DNA of 64,000 nt, taken from Nitrosopumilaceae archaeon (GTDB lineage: Archaea > Thermoproteota > Nitrososphaeria > Nitrososphaerales > Nitrosopumilaceae). Positions 50,609-60,819 of this stretch are shown in pieces. The notes under the pieces were generated by a model. That model made no database searches, had not been told where the DNA came from, and saw nothing but the letters and a program-made list of their open reading frames with translations. The DNA is taken from positions 1,216,001-1,280,000 of the forward strand of contig OZ242376.1 in assembly GCA_965209085.1 (NCBI GenBank), read 5' to 3'. Every line of letters begins with the position of its first letter. Positions within the stretch are counted from its first letter, which is position 1. The translations under genes and the position numbers were made by a program.

Positions 50609-51886
50609 ATGGATAACTCTGAAATTCACATGGTATACGTTTTACTTGACGGAGTTGGGGATCTGCCCCATCCGGATTTAAACGGTAAAACCCCCCTGCA
50701 GGCAGCCCTTACGCCAAACATGGATAAAATTGCAAAGGCTGGAAGCATGGGAGAGGTCATATCCGTTGGAGAGGGAATTGCCCCGGAATCTGACATTGCA
50801 GTCTTTAACATGCTAGGATACAAATTCCGTCATGCAGATTATGTTGGCCGCGGCGTCATAGAGGCAATCGGAATTGGTACTGATTTCAAGGACGGAGATT
50901 TGGCGCTGCGCGGCAATTTTGCCACACTTGATGAAAACGGAGTGATTACAGACCGCAGGGCCGGAAGACATATCGAAAGAAAAGACGCACTTTGTGTGGC
51001 CAAAGAGCTTGAAGAAAAGATAAAATTTTCAGAGCCTGGCGTATCAGTTAGGGTACTGCCCACGATAGGCCACAGGGTTACTGTAATAATTAGTGCAGAT
51101 TGCAAAAATCTTTCATCAACGATAACCAATACGGATCCAGCGTATGCAAGAGTTGACGGCATGGGAATAGCAAAGGCGGTGGGTGACTTTTTACGCATAG
51201 ATAAATGCCATCCGATTGGCGAATCATCAGAGGCGGCACTGACTGCAAAACTGGTAAACGAGTTTACCGAACAGTCAATTGACATACTAGGTAAAAGTGC
51301 CACAAATGAATCCCGTAAAATGGCGAACAAAAAACAGCTTGGCTGCATACTGTTGCGTGATGCAGGTAACAGATATCCGGACGTTATGCCGATAAACGAG
51401 AAATATTCCATGAATTTCTCATGCATAGTTGACATGCCAGTTGAGATTGGCATATCCAAAGTTTTGAAAATGAAGGCATACGAGGCGGGAGGATTGACAG
51501 ATTATGAGGAAAAGGCAAGTGTTGCAGCCAATGCAATGCAGACTCAGAATGCAATATACGTGCACATCAAAGGTCCCGATGAGTTTGGCCACGACGGGGA
51601 TGCTACAGGAAAGATGCGCAATATTGAGGAGATTGACAAGAGATTTTTTGGAACGCTTCTTGAAAAAATAGACATTAAAAAGACCGCGGTTGTAATATCC
51701 GCGGATCATTCCACTCCGTGCATAAACAAAGGGCACAGCGACGATCCGGTTCCGGTAATAATATCCGGATGCGGTACGAAAACTGACGGCTCTGAGCGCG
51801 TTACTGAAGAATTTGCAAAAAAAGGCAGAATCGGACTGTTGGTAGGGGCGGACGTTCTTGCCAGAACCCTTGATGAGATTAGATAA
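50609..51886 (+). CDS. apgM: 2,3-BPG-independent phosphoglycerate mutase, archaeal type
   Basis: LDGVGD, GKTPL, PESD, DRRAGR, HIKGPDEFGHDG, ADHSTP, HS.DPVP. Confidence 0.93.
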   Translation: MDNSEIHMVYVLLDGVGDLPHPDLNGKTPLQAALTPNMDKIAKAGSMGEVISVGEGIAPESDIAVFNMLGYKFRHADYVGRGVIEAIGIGTDFKDGDLALRGNFATLDENGVITDRRAGRHIERKDALCVAKELEEKIKFSEPGVSVRVLPTIGHRVTVIISADCKNLSSTITNTDPAYARVDGMGIAKAVGDFLRIDKCHPIGESSEAALTAKLVNEFTEQSIDILGKSATNESRKMANKKQLGCILLRDAGNRYPDVMPINEKYSMNFSCIVDMPVEIGISKVLKMKAYEAGGLTDYEEKASVAANAMQTQNAIYVHIKGPDEFGHDGDATGKMRNIEEIDKRFFGTLLEKIDIKKTAVVISADHSTPCINKGHSDDPVPVIISGCGTKTDGSERVTEEFAKKGRIGLLVGADVLARTLDEIR

Positions 51887-52439
51887 GAAACGGCGCCATG
51901 TTGCCGGATTCGCGCATGTCAGTTACAGTTGAGCGCAGCGCATCAATGTTGATTCTGCAGTATTCACCATTTGAATTGTTTAATTTTTCCAAAGCTCTGC
52001 CCAATATTGACGAGCATATATCATCTTCAAATTTTTGATGGTGCACCAATGCTGCAGCCACCAGTATGATTCCCTGTACAAGGGTTTTCTCCTGTCCGTC
52101 GCATTCTTTCCATACGCTCTCCAAAACTTCGTGGCATTCCCAAAACCTTTGGGTGTTAAAATATTCCACACCAAGTTTTATGGCATCATCTTTTGGAATG
52201 TATTTTTCAGTTATCAGGTTTGCACGCTCCAGTGACCCTATCGGCAAAAGCCTCTCGACTAGCTCATCAGTGGTCTTTGCATTGATTGAAATGTCAAATT
52301 CCACGCATTTTGCAGAAACCCTGCAGTCACGCACGATCATGTCCATTCCAGAACACATCTGCCTTGCATCATCCAAAAGTCGTTTTGCATTCTGCGGCAC
52401 GTATGCGCCGTTTACAAGATGCATCATATATCGTGCCAT
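51879..52439 (-). CDS. DUF309 domain protein
   Basis: FN..RFWECHEVLE..W, QGII. Confidence 0.88.
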   Translation of the reverse strand: MARYMMHLVNGAYVPQNAKRLLDDARQMCSGMDMIVRDCRVSAKCVEFDISINAKTTDELVERLLPIGSLERANLITEKYIPKDDAIKLGVEYFNTQRFWECHEVLESVWKECDGQEKTLVQGIILVAAALVHHQKFEDDICSSILGRALEKLNNSNGEYCRINIDALRSTVTDMRESGNMAPFLI

Positions 52440-52525
52440 ATGCAGTCATTCTTTTTTGCTCATCTAAAGTTTCACATTAAAATTCAATTAAGGTTTATAT
52501 GCGCTTTTAGTAACGTTTTTTTTAA

Positions 52526-53005
52526 ATGTCGGCAATTCAGGGAAAAACAGACTTTGAGAATACATTTCTATCCAGACGTGAGATTACGTGTGATTTTAAC
52601 GGTCTTGGAGGCAGTCTGACAAAATTGCAGGCTCTAGAAATGGTGACAAAGGAATACAACCTTGGTGGCAAAACCGTTATTCCAATCATACTTAAAAATC
52701 ACGTGGGAAGAACCCAGATTACTGGCACTTTTTACGTATACGAGGATGAAAAATTGGCAAAATCCCACATCATTCCAAACATACTTGCAAGACTTGAAAA
52801 GGCAAACGCCAAAGCTGCAGAAAAGATCGAAGCTGCGGCAAAAGAAAAAGCAAGTGCTGATGAGGCTGCAAAAGAAAAAGCAAGTGCTGATGAGGCTGCA
52901 AAAGAAAAAGCAAGTGCTGATGAGGCTGCAAAAGAAAAAACTGATGCTCCTGCAAAAAAGGATGATAAACAAGATGCAAAATCCGATAAAGAGGTCTCAT
53001 CATAA
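52526..53005 (+). CDS. rps24e: 30S ribosomal protein eS24 with repetitive C-terminal extension
   Basis: ENTFLSRREI, YVYEDE; precedes rps27ae. Confidence 0.9.
   Translation: MSAIQGKTDFENTFLSRREITCDFNGLGGSLTKLQALEMVTKEYNLGGKTVIPIILKNHVGRTQITGTFYVYEDEKLAKSHIIPNILARLEKANAKAAEKIEAAAKEKASADEAAKEKASADEAAKEKASADEAAKEKTDAPAKKDDKQDAKSDKEVSS
52841..52930. repeat. 3 x 30-bp perfect repeat (KEKASADEAA) in eS24 tail
   Basis: AAAGAAAAAGCAAGTGCTGATGAGGCTGCA x3. Confidence 0.95.
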
Positions 53006-53172
53006 TGGGCAGTAAAGGGTCCAGTCCCAAAATATCCGGATATTACAAAATAGATGGAGACAAGTTAATTCGGGAGAAAAAGATCTGTTCTAGATGCGGC
53101 AGAGGCGTGTTCATGTCAAATCACAAAGACAGACGCTCGTGCGGCAAGTGCGGTCTGACTGAATTTATCTAG
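53005..53172 (+). CDS. rps27ae: 30S ribosomal protein eS31 (S27ae); 55 aa, absent from ORF track
   Basis: MGSKGSSPKISGYYKIDGDKLIREKKICSRCGRGVFMSNHKDRRSCGKCGLTEFI. Confidence 0.95.
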   Translation: MGSKGSSPKISGYYKIDGDKLIREKKICSRCGRGVFMSNHKDRRSCGKCGLTEFI

Positions 53173-53876
53173 TAACTTTTCCGCCGTATAATTTTCTCGC
53201 TAATCTTTTCCATCGTGTCAAGTTTTTCAAGCAGTGTCTCATCCAAGTTTATGCGTGCAAGGGACTCGGCGGATACTTTTGTAGTGTTTGAATCTGCCAT
53301 AACTTCAATCTGCGGCAGTCCGGCATCAATCCAATGTTTTACAGTTTTATCCTCCAACTTGTAGTCGTGAAATCCGGCAGGAAACCGTTTTGTAATATGC
53401 CGCAGCAGTGTTCTGTCGGCGAAAACGGCTCCAGCTTCAAACAATCGCGATTCATCAGCGTATGCACTCTCAAAGAGATTTCCAGTTATCTCATCAGAGA
53501 GCACCCGCATGCGGCCTATGCGGTGAAGCAGTTCTAGATAGTGCAGAAATTCATGGGCAAGTATTGCATGAATCGTTCCCTTTAGACCGTATGCTATGAG
53601 CGGAGCAGATATCTGAATTACAACCTGTACGTCAGATTTTGTAACTACTGGAATTGTACGGGCAAAAAACACGCCATACTGGTATGATTTGGCGCCCTGC
53701 CGTACGATTATTGCCGAAGGATCAACGTATGCTACGGGGTATTGTATTCCAGATGCCCGCTCTATGCGGGTGATTCCAGAAATGGCAAGATCAAATCTTT
53801 TGGATATCAAATTGTATATATCATCGCCAAGGGCGCCCCGTTTATGAGCCTCTTTGATCTTTAAGAGCGGATCCAA
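53169..53876 (-). CDS. Hypothetical protein with zincin-like HExxH
   Basis: AILAHEFLHYLE. Confidence 0.75.
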   Translation of the reverse strand: MDPLLKIKEAHKRGALGDDIYNLISKRFDLAISGITRIERASGIQYPVAYVDPSAIIVRQGAKSYQYGVFFARTIPVVTKSDVQVVIQISAPLIAYGLKGTIHAILAHEFLHYLELLHRIGRMRVLSDEITGNLFESAYADESRLFEAGAVFADRTLLRHITKRFPAGFHDYKLEDKTVKHWIDAGLPQIEVMADSNTTKVSAESLARINLDETLLEKLDTMEKISEKIIRRKSY

Positions 53877-53981
53877 CTGTTCAAATGCAGATAATTGCCG
53901 CTAAAAATGTATTTTTGAGGCAATCTCAAAATACATCCTGGGCACAAGTATTTGAAATCATACAGTTGAAATGTTCGTGTA

Positions 53982-54077
53982 TTATTTGGGTTTTCCGCGT
54001 TTGGCCTGTTTTACACGCCTGCGGTGTTCGCCCTGATCCGCCCTACGTTCGTGCTTGCCTTTTTTTCGAAGTGGCAT
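53982..54077 (-). CDS. Very basic 31-aa small protein
   Basis: MPLRKKGKHERRADQGEHRRRVKQAKRGKPK*, 30 bp after pus10 stop. Confidence 0.55.
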   Translation of the reverse strand: MPLRKKGKHERRADQGEHRRRVKQAKRGKPK

Positions 54078-54107
54078 AAATGAGCAAATCATACAAGGGT
54101 ATTTGTG

Positions 54108-55256
54108 TTATGCGGTCACCTCTACGCCATAAAAATCAAAATATTCACACTCACATGCGGTTTCAAGCATGTCCGTCAGGTTTGGAAATACAGTATCCCC
54201 GCCCACAAATTTTTTTATCGGCAGGCCCCCGTCCACTTCCAAGGTTATGGCAAGCGATTTTGGGCCTGATTTTCTGTATCGTACGGAATAGACTGATTTT
54301 TCGTTGCGGCGGGATTTCTCGTATACTGCAATGCCAGAGTGCCGCATTTCTTTTACCTGTTTTAATCCCCCATCTGATATCTCATCCTGGGTGCTCACCA
54401 AGACTTTGATTATTGAGCGGAATTTTACAGGCATCTTTGGGGGTGATTTTATATTTTCCAACTGGACGATATTTAATCCGTCTGCGAGGTTTTGGCGTTT
54501 TGGGGGACGCGGTTTGCGTTTTTTTGGATTCATCATTTGGGCAAAAAATGGCCTGCCGCTTCCAAGTACAAGACTTGATTTATCCTCTCCGCCGACCCAC
54601 GTAATTTTTGAACTCTCTGCTTCAAATATGCCGCACAGGTATTCGGAAATATTAGTCTCCACACTCTCCCGCGTTCCAGAGCATTTTATGCACCCGCTCC
54701 CGTCGCATTCGGGACATTTTGCAAGTTTTTGCGGCATGCCACGTTTTTCCTTCAAGTATCGGCCCGAAACGTATGCCGGTGCGGATCTTGCGTGCACAGA
54801 ATCCGTTCTCAAATTTACAGTCAGCCAGAGATCCGGCGTTAAAATTTTCAGTTTTGTTTTTGTACTGCGCGAGAGCGACTTTGAGAGATCGTGTGCAAAT
54901 GCAGATTTTACGCTTTCTGCCCCAATCAGATGAAACTTTGAGCGTATAAAATCATCCTTGTCTACGACTGACGGGCGCATTGTCACGCCAAGTAAAAACG
55001 TCTTAAATTCATATCTTGTTGCAGATTCCAAAACCATTTTATGAACTGATTGCACGCCATCAAAGAGTCCTCGGCATATGTGGCATTTTTTACATTCTTT
55101 GATTTTTAAATCCCCGCGGAGTTTTGCTCCAAGCCGGCGCGGCAGGCAAAGTGAGAGATTTTTTGCAAACAGCCGTCCAAGGCATGAATTGCACAGATCA
55201 TACTGTGCGGTTATGTTTTCAGATTCTGCAAGTACTTTGTTATAATCTGCCCCCAT
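54108..55256 (-). CDS. pus10: tRNA pseudouridine(54/55) synthase Pus10
   Basis: LC..CLGR, GRYLK..R..PQ, GGEDK...LGSGRPF, DGGLPIK. Confidence 0.88.
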   Translation of the reverse strand: MGADYNKVLAESENITAQYDLCNSCLGRLFAKNLSLCLPRRLGAKLRGDLKIKECKKCHICRGLFDGVQSVHKMVLESATRYEFKTFLLGVTMRPSVVDKDDFIRSKFHLIGAESVKSAFAHDLSKSLSRSTKTKLKILTPDLWLTVNLRTDSVHARSAPAYVSGRYLKEKRGMPQKLAKCPECDGSGCIKCSGTRESVETNISEYLCGIFEAESSKITWVGGEDKSSLVLGSGRPFFAQMMNPKKRKPRPPKRQNLADGLNIVQLENIKSPPKMPVKFRSIIKVLVSTQDEISDGGLKQVKEMRHSGIAVYEKSRRNEKSVYSVRYRKSGPKSLAITLEVDGGLPIKKFVGGDTVFPNLTDMLETACECEYFDFYGVEVTA

Positions 55257-55302
55257 TGCAAAAAAATGCCGCCTAGGAGTTATAGGCGTATGCCCGCATT
55301 TG

Positions 55303-56628
55303 TTAATTCAGGCCCATCTTGCGCAAAAGACCCTGCATCTGCCTGCCTTTTGAGGCCTTCATTACACCTTTGGAGTTTTTGTAATTTTTGAGCATCTCTT
55401 TTACCTCCTGCCGCATCTGTCCTGAACCACGTGCTATGCGGTCTATGCGCGAGGCGTTTAACAAATCAGGATTAGCTTTTTCTTTTTTATTCATGCTTTG
55501 TATGATAAACCGCCATTTTTTCATTCGATCCTCCATTTTATCCAAATGCCCCTCCTGTACTTGGCCGCTCATTCCTGAAACACTCTCCATTATACTCTTC
55601 AAGGATCCAGCCTTGCCGACCTCTTCTAATTGGTAATAGAAATCATCCATGTTCATCTTTCCTCCGGCTATGCGTTTCATGCGGACATCATCACCTTCAG
55701 ATTCCAAACGTTTTGCCATGTCCAATATTGCCTGCACATCGCCCATTCCAAGCATACGGCCGACGAATCTTGTGGGGGAGAATTTTTCAATATCATCAAT
55801 CCTCTCGCCGGTTCCGATGTACATTATCTGCGCGCCCGTGGCAGCTGATGCTGCAAGCGCTCCGCCCCCTTTTGCAGAGCTGTCAAGCTTTGTCACCACG
55901 ATGCCTCCCACCGGAACGATTTTGTGAAATGCCGAAGCCTGATTTGAGCACTGCCGTCCAATGGTTCCATCGATAACAAGCAATGCAAGATCCGGATCCG
56001 CCACTTTGTTGATTTGTTTCATTTCATCCAGCAATTCACGCTCTTCTTTGTGCCTACCGGCCGTATCAACTAGAATAATGTCAAGATCTGATCCTTCAAA
56101 ATGACGCAGTCCATTTTTTACAACATTTGGTGAATCTTTGTTTGACTCTTCCCCGTACACCTCTACTCCGGCTTTTTCACACATTGTACGAAGCTGTGCT
56201 AGTGCGCCGGGCCGAAACGTATCAGCTCCTATCACGCCAACTTTGTAGTCCTGTTTTGTAAGATATTTTGCAAGTTTTGATGACATTGTTGTTTTGCCGC
56301 TTCCCTGTATTCCAAGCATCAAAACCTTGTTTGTTTTGCCGGCTTTGAATTCAAATTCAGAATCCTTGCCAAAAAGTCTTGCAAGCTCATCATATAAGAT
56401 TTTAACAATGTGATCCTTGTACGGCAGACCGGGGGGCGGTTTTTCGTTTATCGCCCTATCTTTGATCTTTTCTGTAACCTCTAGTACAAATTTTGTCTCA
56501 ACATCCCCCTGTAGCAGCGCGATTTGAACATCGTGTACGAGTTGTTTTATGAGATCCTCGTTGACGCCTGAGGAGTTGACTATTTTTTTAATTGCCGCCT
56601 GCAGGTTTGTTTTTAGACTCTCTAGCAT
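55303..56628 (-). CDS. srp54: Signal recognition particle protein SRP54
   Basis: [30 protein letters not shown]. Confidence 0.96.
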   Translation of the reverse strand: MLESLKTNLQAAIKKIVNSSGVNEDLIKQLVHDVQIALLQGDVETKFVLEVTEKIKDRAINEKPPPGLPYKDHIVKILYDELARLFGKDSEFEFKAGKTNKVLMLGIQGSGKTTMSSKLAKYLTKQDYKVGVIGADTFRPGALAQLRTMCEKAGVEVYGEESNKDSPNVVKNGLRHFEGSDLDIILVDTAGRHKEERELLDEMKQINKVADPDLALLVIDGTIGRQCSNQASAFHKIVPVGGIVVTKLDSSAKGGGALAASAATGAQIMYIGTGERIDDIEKFSPTRFVGRMLGMGDVQAILDMAKRLESEGDDVRMKRIAGGKMNMDDFYYQLEEVGKAGSLKSIMESVSGMSGQVQEGHLDKMEDRMKKWRFIIQSMNKKEKANPDLLNASRIDRIARGSGQMRQEVKEMLKNYKNSKGVMKASKGRQMQGLLRKMGLN

Positions 56629-57301
56629 ATTCGCCAAGACTTGCCGCTTCTATTTCAAAGATTCCCCTATAGCCGTCCCACACGGGTTTGGCAGCATCTA
56701 TGACAAGTTCCCTTGAAAACAGCGGACAGTCAAGTACCAGTGTTTCAGCCTCGCCGCCCTCAAAGTTTAGGTTAAAGCTGTGCTTTATTGAGAGTGCGTG
56801 CAATACTTTGAGGGATGCTGAATCCATTTTGCGTCCAAGCCATGAGTCATCAAGTCCTCCGGCAGATACTGCAGTTATTACAAATGAGAAATTAAAATCA
56901 AGCAGCGAGCGCATGTACTGTACCGGTTCCATCCCCCAAACAGGTCCTATCGGGGACAGATTTGCAGATTCGCATGCGATGGTGAATTGTTCTTTCTGGT
57001 ATACGCTTGCAATTCCCCCATGTACTGCCCCAGTTATTCCGTATTTTGATGCAGCCTGTTTTAGTAATGATGCAACAGAGTCCAGTTCGTTTTCAGGATT
57101 GGTTTGTATTGTAAAATGTTCCAGTCCCATGGATTTTGCCTGCAGTGATGCAAGGCGGATGTTTGGGTAGTGCAACAGTTTGCTCTCGGCGGATTCAGGC
57201 TCTGCTGTAATCAGGCATTTTAAATCGTGTCCTGACTGTTTGGCAAGGTATGCAGCATACGTGCTGTCTTTGCCTCCTGAGAATAATACTGCAACTTTCA
57301 T
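56588..57301 (-). CDS. dph6: Diphthine--ammonia ligase
   Basis: FSGGKDS, S.YQK, EGGEAETLVLDCPLF. Confidence 0.88.
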   Translation of the reverse strand: MKVAVLFSGGKDSTYAAYLAKQSGHDLKCLITAEPESAESKLLHYPNIRLASLQAKSMGLEHFTIQTNPENELDSVASLLKQAASKYGITGAVHGGIASVYQKEQFTIACESANLSPIGPVWGMEPVQYMRSLLDFNFSFVITAVSAGGLDDSWLGRKMDSASLKVLHALSIKHSFNLNFEGGEAETLVLDCPLFSRELVIDAAKPVWDGYRGIFEIEAASLGEYARESKNKPAGGN

Positions 57302-57388
57302 GAAAACCCCAGCAGTATTGTAGATGCCTCATCACTCATAATCGTCATCATAATTCAGACGGCTTTTCCGCTCATCATCAGCATCCAA

Positions 57389-57799
57389 TTAACCTTTGAC
57401 GCGCATTATTTTTGTCTTGTCCAAGACTTTCCAGTATTCTACGTTTTGTCCGTTTTCAAGCGTACCTTTTACTTCATCCTCAATCATGTTCACATCGATT
57501 GTCTCAAAAGTTTCAGAATCCATCAGCTGTATCACATCTTTAGTCATTGAAATTATCTGGCCTATTCTTTTGTCTATGAGCGGTACGTGAATCTGCATGC
57601 TTACCGGACCCACGTGGGGTCTTTTTTGCCCGTCAAATATCCCCACACCCACTATGCGCGCTTTGGCTGCCCCGTGTTTGCCAGGTTTGCTTGTATCATA
57701 TTCGGATATCCGGGACGGCGCACCCGTAGGCTGATCAGATACCGGTAAAAGTATGTACGAGCCGATCTTTAGTGAACCCAAATCTGCAGGCTTGCTCAT
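57389..57799 (-). CDS. eif5a: Translation factor aIF5A
   Basis: SKPGKHGAAKA hypusine motif. Confidence 0.96.
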   Translation of the reverse strand: MSKPADLGSLKIGSYILLPVSDQPTGAPSRISEYDTSKPGKHGAAKARIVGVGIFDGQKRPHVGPVSMQIHVPLIDKRIGQIISMTKDVIQLMDSETFETIDVNMIEDEVKGTLENGQNVEYWKVLDKTKIMRVKG

Positions 57800-57860
57800 G
57801 AACGGTTTGCTTGATGTTGGATATTTAACTTTATCAACCCCGCACGTTAGATCAGATTTG

Positions 57861-59147
57861 TTGGCCGATAAATCCAAGAATCTGTATGCAAGGGCCAAAG
57901 AGATCATCCCATCGGGGGTAAACAGTCCCGTCAGATACTATTCACCGTATCCGTTCTTTGCATCAAAGGGCAGGGGCGGATTGATTTGGGATGTAAACGG
58001 AAAAAAATATGTTGATTTTTGTTGTGCATACGGGGCTCTACTGCTTGGACACTGCAGAGCTGAAATTCTCAAAGCTGTCTTTGATCAGATGAAAAAAGGC
58101 ACGCTTTTTTGCACCCCGACAGAATTAGAAGTTGACCTAGCATCTTTAGTTAGGAGTTTTTATCCAAGCATGCATAAAGTAAGACTCGTTAACACCGGCG
58201 GTGAGGCAACCATGACTGCAATACGGCTTGCGCGCGGATACACAGGTGGTAAAAAAATAATAAAATTCGAAGGATGCTATCATGGAGCCCATGATTCGGT
58301 TCTGGTAAAAGCTGGTTCAGGTTCAGCGCATGCGGGAATTTCCACATCCGATGGCGATTTAAAAGACTCTACAAAAAACACGCTTGTGGTACAGTATAAT
58401 AATTTGGAAGAGCTTGATTCTGTAATGGGCAGACACAAAAATGATTTGGCAGGAATCATTGTAGAGCCCATACTTGCAAACATGGGACTCATACTTCCCA
58501 AGAAAGAATTTTTGTCAGGATTGCGCAAGGCGACAAAAGAGTACGGTGTGCCGCTTATTTTTGATGAGACTGTTACAGGATTTCGCGTCGGCTCAGGTGG
58601 CGCGCAAGAATACTTTGGGATTAAACCGGACATCACCACGCTTGGCAAAGCGCTTGGCGGCGGATTTGCCATAGCGGCAGTAGGCGGCAAACGGCAGATT
58701 ATGGAACAGCTTGCCCCGTCAGGTAGGGTATATCAGGCAAGCACGTTTGCTGGAAATCCCATAGCAGTTAGCGCAGCTTTGGCATCACTTAAAGTAATAC
58801 GCAAACTTGGCAAACGCATGTATGCAGAATTAGAGAGGCGCTGCTCGCTCATGGTATCAGCTATTGATGATGCAGCAGATGATAATCACGTGCCCCACCA
58901 GATTAATTTTGCAGCATCCATGTTTCAGATATTTTTTACCGACAAACCTGTTACCGACTATAAGAGCTGTAAAAAGGCAGATACTGCAAAGTTTGAGAGA
59001 CTGTTTAAATTGCTTTTAAAAAAAGGTGTTTTTATGGCACCGTCTCAGTTTGAAGTTGCATTTTTATCAAATGCCCACAGCAAAACGGATCTTAGCCTGA
59101 CAGCGGAGGCGTATGCTGAATCCATAAAAGAGATGAGCCGTACATGA
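57861..59147 (+). CDS. hemL: Glutamate-1-semialdehyde 2,1-aminomutase
   Basis: GVNSPVR, FEGCYHG, IFDE..TGFR, GK.LGGG, PSQFE. Confidence 0.95.
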   Translation: MADKSKNLYARAKEIIPSGVNSPVRYYSPYPFFASKGRGGLIWDVNGKKYVDFCCAYGALLLGHCRAEILKAVFDQMKKGTLFCTPTELEVDLASLVRSFYPSMHKVRLVNTGGEATMTAIRLARGYTGGKKIIKFEGCYHGAHDSVLVKAGSGSAHAGISTSDGDLKDSTKNTLVVQYNNLEELDSVMGRHKNDLAGIIVEPILANMGLILPKKEFLSGLRKATKEYGVPLIFDETVTGFRVGSGGAQEYFGIKPDITTLGKALGGGFAIAAVGGKRQIMEQLAPSGRVYQASTFAGNPIAVSAALASLKVIRKLGKRMYAELERRCSLMVSAIDDAADDNHVPHQINFAASMFQIFFTDKPVTDYKSCKKADTAKFERLFKLLLKKGVFMAPSQFEVAFLSNAHSKTDLSLTAEAYAESIKEMSRT

Positions 59148-60079
59148 AATACCGCATAGGAACGCGCAAAAGCAGACTCTCTTTGGTTCAGACAGAACAG
59201 GTGGTATTAGAGTTACAGGCTGCAAATGCAGATGCTGAATTTGAAATCGTAAAGATTACCACAAAGGGGGATACTGACTCGCGCCCGTTCTTTGCCATTG
59301 ATCAAAAAGGGATATTTGAAAAAGAGATAGATAATGCGGTTGCATCAGGCGAGATTGACTTTGCAGTGCACAGTATGAAGGATGTCCCAACAGATCTTGC
59401 ATCAGGTCTTGTTCTTGCATGCGTACCAAAACGTGAGGATGTAAATGATGTAATCGTATCTTCAGATGGGGTCAAACTTGGCGATATAAAGAGCGGCAGT
59501 GTAATTGGAACTAGCAGTCTTCGCCGAGCGGTTCAAGTTTCAAGAAAAAGGTCCGATCTTGAGGTAAAACCTGTCCGCGGCAACATAGATACCCGTATTG
59601 AAAAAATCGGCAACGAATATGATGCGGTGATATTGGCACAAGCTGGAATAACAAGACTGAATATTGATGCAAAATACAAACCGCTGTCGCTATCGGATTT
59701 TCTTCCATCGCCAGGGCAGGGAGCGCTTGCCATAGTTGCACGTGCAGAAGAGAAAGAAACTATCTCAATGTTAAATAAAATAGAAAGTTTTGATGCAAAA
59801 GCTGAAGCGCTGGCCGAGAGGGCGCTGTCTGCATCCATCGAGTCAGGATGCCAGTTCCCCGTCGGGGCAATCGCCGGAGTTGATGCCGGGATAATATCGA
59901 TAAACGCTGTTGCTTATTCAGTGGACGGCAAAGAGGCCATTTATGCAGAGCAGAGCGGTCCAGTATCAGAAGCTGCAAAAATTGGATACATGGCAGGCAA
60001 AGAGCTAACTGACGGAGGGGTTGGCAAACTTGCATCAAGTTGGAGAGAAAAGTTGGCAGAGTGGAACAAAGATGGCTAA
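59144..60079 (+). CDS. hemC: Hydroxymethylbilane synthase
   Basis: GTRKSRL, VHSMKDVP, GTSSLRR, RGNIDTR, PSPGQG, SGCQ. Confidence 0.96.
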   Translation: MKYRIGTRKSRLSLVQTEQVVLELQAANADAEFEIVKITTKGDTDSRPFFAIDQKGIFEKEIDNAVASGEIDFAVHSMKDVPTDLASGLVLACVPKREDVNDVIVSSDGVKLGDIKSGSVIGTSSLRRAVQVSRKRSDLEVKPVRGNIDTRIEKIGNEYDAVILAQAGITRLNIDAKYKPLSLSDFLPSPGQGALAIVARAEEKETISMLNKIESFDAKAEALAERALSASIESGCQFPVGAIAGVDAGIISINAVAYSVDGKEAIYAEQSGPVSEAAKIGYMAGKELTDGGVGKLASSWREKLAEWNKDG

Positions 60080-60815
60080 AGGCATAGTGTATCTTGCTGG
60101 AGCGGGTCCTGGGGATACAAAACTTCTCACACTTCGTACGGCAGAACTGTTGGGCAAAGCTGACATTGTACTGTATGATATGCTAGTGGGCAGGGGAATA
60201 TTGGGCATGATTCCAAAAAAAACTGAGCGCTTTTACGTAGGACGGATTGCCGGCGATGATCCAACAAATCAGGACAAAACCAACGAGATGATGTTCAAAT
60301 ATGCAAAAAAAGGCAAAAAAGTTCTAAGGTTAAAGGGCGGGGATCCGGCCATGTTTGGCAGGGGCGGCGAGGAGGCTGAATACCTCAAAGAGCGCAAGAT
60401 AAAATACGAGATTATTCCCGGAATTACGTCCGGTTCCGGATCCGCCACGTATTCTGGCATACCTTTGACGCACCGTAATTTTTCATCATCAGTTGTTTTC
60501 GTTACAGGACATGAGAATCCATCAAAGCGTGCAGAATCCGTAAAATGGAAACGCATGGCAAAGGCGTGCGATACAATTGTAATCATGATGGGATTGGCAC
60601 GGATTGGAATAATTTGCAAACAGCTTGTATCCGGAGGCATTGAAAAAGGCACGCCCGTGGCTGTCATACAAGAGGGAACAACTGCACGGCATAAAATGAT
60701 CACAGGTACTGTTTCAAACATTGCCGGTAAAATAAAACGTGAAAAAATCAAGTCCCCGGCAATAATCATAGTTGGCAGCGTGGTGAATCTTGCAGACCAT
60801 ATAGGATGGAGATAA
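60072..60815 (+). CDS. cobA: Uroporphyrinogen-III C-methyltransferase
   Basis: GAGPGD..LLT, RLKGGDP..FGRGGEE, GIPLTHR. Confidence 0.95.
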   Translation: MAKGIVYLAGAGPGDTKLLTLRTAELLGKADIVLYDMLVGRGILGMIPKKTERFYVGRIAGDDPTNQDKTNEMMFKYAKKGKKVLRLKGGDPAMFGRGGEEAEYLKERKIKYEIIPGITSGSGSATYSGIPLTHRNFSSSVVFVTGHENPSKRAESVKWKRMAKACDTIVIMMGLARIGIICKQLVSGGIEKGTPVAVIQEGTTARHKMITGTVSNIAGKIKREKIKSPAIIIVGSVVNLADHIGWR

Positions 60816-60819
60816 TTTC

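Noticed and set aside
24588-52930. Short direct repeats (30, 39, 60, 87 bp) as possible CRISPR arrays
   Set aside because: All are head-to-tail, multiples of 3, inside ORFs and lack unique spacers; no cas genes seen
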